A stretch of DNA of 38,254 bases. It comes from a virus (lineage: Duplodnaviria > Caudoviricetes). Position numbers and translations under genes: made by a program. Below the pieces are notes generated by a model. That model was given only the letters and a program-made list of their open reading frames with translations, was not told the DNA's origin and made no database searches. Shown here one piece after another: positions 35,732 through 38,254 of this stretch (the stretch's first letter is position 1; each line of letters begins with the position of its first letter). The stretch is from IMG/VR virus record IMGVR_UViG_3300001749_000063, positions 1 to 38,254 of that record. One strand, 5' to 3'.

Positions 35732-35744
35732 ATGCGGGCTTTTT
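35711..35744. terminator. Bidirectional terminator, copy 2
   Basis: AAAAAGCCCGC-TAGAT-GCGGGCTTTTT. Confidence 0.88.
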
Positions 35745-35758
35745 CTTCTATGCCTATA

Positions 35759-36283
35759 TTAGAGCTTAAGCTCTCTATTACCTACCTTTAAACCTCTATG
35801 TGCCACTTTTTCAATACCATCTTCAAATTGCTCGACTGACTCACCAACCGTTAACTTGTTTATTAAAATTCTAAACGAAGATACTAGAATAATAATAAGG
35901 GTACATAATAAGGTCGTTAATGGGGCACGCTTCAATATAATTGTCGCCCCCATATTAATTATGTTTTTACATTGTTTTCTCTGTGATTCTGACAGCTCTG
36001 GTAATGATTGCGGTATCGCAAGCTCTGTTCTTTTAGCCTTTTCCTTTTTACTAGATTTCTGAAATACAACGTAATAGGTAACAAATACCATTAGATACGC
36101 GTCAGTACAAATACTAAAAAACGAGTAAACCATTTTTTTGTGTTCTTCAGGCGCATCAGAAGCAAGAAAGCTTTCTAGCTCGTCTGCCATTTTCTCTCTT
36201 GTGTTTAATGCTGCGCCTCTTCTCCACAGATTATAGCCAAGCAACAAAACAAAAATAATTGGTATAAACACTAGTTCATTCAT
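35759..36283 (-). CDS. Accessory membrane protein
   Basis: 174 aa, 2-3 hydrophobic segments, AT-rich, TAATG-coupled to upstream gene. Confidence 0.75.
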   Translation of the reverse strand: MNELVFIPIIFVLLLGYNLWRRGAALNTREKMADELESFLASDAPEEHKKMVYSFFSICTDAYLMVFVTYYVVFQKSSKKEKAKRTELAIPQSLPELSESQRKQCKNIINMGATIILKRAPLTTLLCTLIIILVSSFRILINKLTVGESVEQFEDGIEKVAHRGLKVGNRELKL

Positions 36284-36582
36284 TATTTACTGCCTCCATT
36301 TGCTGGTTGAGATTTTCTTTGTTGTTTATCTCTTTTTGCCTGCATTCTAATTTCGTAAGCTTTGATTTTCATTTCTCTTAAGTGTTTACGTTCTTCAGAC
36401 TGCATTCGTTCTCTTTCAGTCAGTTGTTTACTTTTTTGTAAGTAAACCTTAACACTTAAAATCATTAAAAGAGCTATCAAGGGCGAGTACCATGGTAACT
36501 CTTGTACTTTGCTGAGTAACGTATCCAAAAAACCCAATTCGGTTTTAGTAATAGTTAAATCAGTAGCAGATTGAGATGGCAT
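36283..36582 (-). CDS. Accessory single-TM protein with basic coiled-coil tail
   Basis: WYSPLIALLMILSVKVYL followed by E/R/K/Q-rich helix. Confidence 0.7.
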   Translation of the reverse strand: MPSQSATDLTITKTELGFLDTLLSKVQELPWYSPLIALLMILSVKVYLQKSKQLTERERMQSEERKHLREMKIKAYEIRMQAKRDKQQRKSQPANGGSK

Positions 36583-36848
36583 TAATTACAAGTCCAATTT
36601 GTAGTTATTAGTTTAATTAAAGGGTTTTTAAGGTACGTTTAAAACATATAAACAACCAACCCATGTACAAACATTAGCACTATGATGCTGAAACAACAAG
36701 CACGGCATAATACATAAAGAGACTCATATAAACAATAAAACATCAAAATATATAATTTAATATTTTAAACCAGCTTAGCAAAGATCGTAATAGCCGGAAT
36801 TAAAACCCACGCTGAATAGCACACTATTTATTTTTATGGGATATGCTA

Positions 36849-38066
36849 TTACCTCTTTGCCAGCTCTGCTGTTATAGCTTTTTCTATGAGTTTGCAATAA
36901 AGCTCGTACCCTTCTGCTTGTTCTTTTATCCAATCGTGTTTGTTGTATACGGCCATTACTCCGCGCATGGTATGACCTAACATTTTTTCGGTTACGTGTG
37001 GTGCGACACCATTTTCACTTAGTAATGTTGATAGTGATCGGCGGGCATCATGTGGCAGGAACTTGGGCATTTTATACTTAGTAAATAGGTGATCCCACAT
37101 TCGGCAGCAATATCGGTTTATGCTGTGCGTGGTCATTGGTTTTTGTGGGTTGTTGCCTGGAATTAAGTAGCCGTTTTTACCATACACCATGGCAAGTGTA
37201 TTTAATATGTTGTGCATTTTTTTTGATATGGGCCTACGGATTGCTTTGTTGGTTTTTGAGTTTTCAGGCGGCACGGTCCATATGTTGTTGGCAAAGTCGA
37301 AGTGTTCCCACTTAGCTAAGCGAACCTCTGATTGCCTAGCGCCTGTTATATAAATTAATTGCAAACATGCTTTGGTTGCTGGCGTGGCTTTTGAGCTTTC
37401 TATTTGTATCCACAGTTTTGCTATTTCATCAAAGCGCATTACGCGCTGGCCTATTGATGCTTGTTCACCTACGTCGTTTACATTTAAGGTTAGTACTGGG
37501 TTGAATGGTTTTACTTCGCCGCGTTTTTCAGCCCAGCCTATTATTGATTTTATTCTTACTAGTATTGTGCCTGCAGTTTTCGCGCTACCTTGTGCTTTTA
37601 CATCGTCAAAATAGCTGAACCAGTCTTTGACTGTCATTAGGTCGAGTGGTTTTGTTTCATCATTTAACAGCGGCACTATCCATTTTCCCACTTGGTTTGT
37701 GTATAAAGTTTGGGTTTTTTGTTTTAGCTCTGGTACTTTTTTATTTAGCCAGTCGGTGGCTATTTTTGCCATGGTTGGTAGGCCCTTAGCTTGGTTACGC
37801 ATTAATTTTAGTTCTATGCGCGGGTCTTTGCCTTGGCTTATCCAGTTTTGAAAATGAGGTATGTAGTCTTGCGCTTCTTTTATACTTAGCCCCGGGTAAC
37901 GCCCAAGTGAGATTATTACTTGCTTACCATCAACACGACAACGATATTGCCATGTAATTGTGCCTTTGGCTGATACTCTTACACTTAAACTATCTCTATG
38001 CGATAATACGCTCGGTGTTTGATTTTTATCTAGCAGCTTTCTTAATTTGGTGTCACTTATCGCCAT
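36849..38066 (-). CDS. int: Tyrosine integrase with N-terminal arm-binding domain (P4-like)
   Basis: SLGRYPGLS arm motif; catalytic GAR, K, HDARR, LGH, VY; adjacent to att. Confidence 0.95.
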   Translation of the reverse strand: MAISDTKLRKLLDKNQTPSVLSHRDSLSVRVSAKGTITWQYRCRVDGKQVIISLGRYPGLSIKEAQDYIPHFQNWISQGKDPRIELKLMRNQAKGLPTMAKIATDWLNKKVPELKQKTQTLYTNQVGKWIVPLLNDETKPLDLMTVKDWFSYFDDVKAQGSAKTAGTILVRIKSIIGWAEKRGEVKPFNPVLTLNVNDVGEQASIGQRVMRFDEIAKLWIQIESSKATPATKACLQLIYITGARQSEVRLAKWEHFDFANNIWTVPPENSKTNKAIRRPISKKMHNILNTLAMVYGKNGYLIPGNNPQKPMTTHSINRYCCRMWDHLFTKYKMPKFLPHDARRSLSTLLSENGVAPHVTEKMLGHTMRGVMAVYNKHDWIKEQAEGYELYCKLIEKAITAELAKR

Positions 38067-38073
38067 TTAATTT

Positions 38074-38121
38074 TTTATACACAGTTAGCAAAAAATTTAT
38101 ACACGATACTATACACACAAC
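38074..38121 (+). repeat. Three TATACAC repeats, probable arm-type sites upstream of int
   Basis: TTTATACACA, TTTATACACG, CTATACACAC; match 2860-2883. Confidence 0.75.
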
Positions 38122-38204
38122 GTGCATATTGCAATAAACATAAGAATACAGCAGCATACAAAAGCACATTAAAAACCCGCATCATATAAGGGCTAAAAGA
38201 CTAA

Positions 38205-38254
38205 ATGAGCGAACCAACATACTATGAAAACCAACCCACGATATACTGGCACGA
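38205..38254 (+). CDS. sbcB: Phage-supplied 5' end of reconstituted exonuclease I gene (runs off window); includes right att core 38244-38254
   Basis: MSEPTYYENQPTIYWH(D), in the same frame through the core as the native MAYQEQNQATIYWHD. Confidence 0.8.
   Translation, partial: MSEPTYYENQPTIYWH

Larger units (their letters stand above)
2790..38254. mobile_element. P2-superfamily (HP1/K139-like) prophage, ~35.5 kb
   Basis: Full head/tail/lysis/gpA/CI/integrase gene set between direct repeats TACTGGCACGA. Confidence 0.95.

Noticed and set aside
1-38254. tRNA, rRNA, CRISPR array, reverse transcriptase/DGR, IS or tail-fibre invertase
   Set aside because: None recognised by eye; small RNAs cannot be excluded without covariance-model searches

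Overview
About 2.75 kb of AT-rich gammaproteobacterial chromosome (probably Pseudoalteromonas/Alteromonadales; inferred, not tested) followed by an apparently complete ~35.5 kb P2-superfamily (HP1/K139-type) prophage. The host part has two paralogous secreted-protein genes with duplicated promoters flanking a CPA1 Na+/H+ antiporter. The prophage is inserted in the 5' end of sbcB (exonuclease I): the core TACTGGCACGA occurs at 2790-2800 and 38244-38254, and the phage end supplies a new in-frame N-terminus. Baseplate, tail, lysis, head, terminase, portal, Ogr, gpA replication, early, Cro/CI and integrase modules are all recognisable. Main oddities: (1) a terminase small subunit frame with no usable start, opening exactly at an A_AAA_AAG slippery site in the upstream ORF; (2) a DUF1889-like gene antisense inside the early operon, spanned by an opposite-strand ORF that is ATGA-coupled at both ends; (3) LexA boxes on ogr and on a Zn-finger gene, plus a cleavable lambdoid-type CI; (4) an accessory region between cI and int with a cassette bounded by duplicated terminators and a coupled membrane-protein pair. 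All family calls are from motif recall and synteny; no searches were run.
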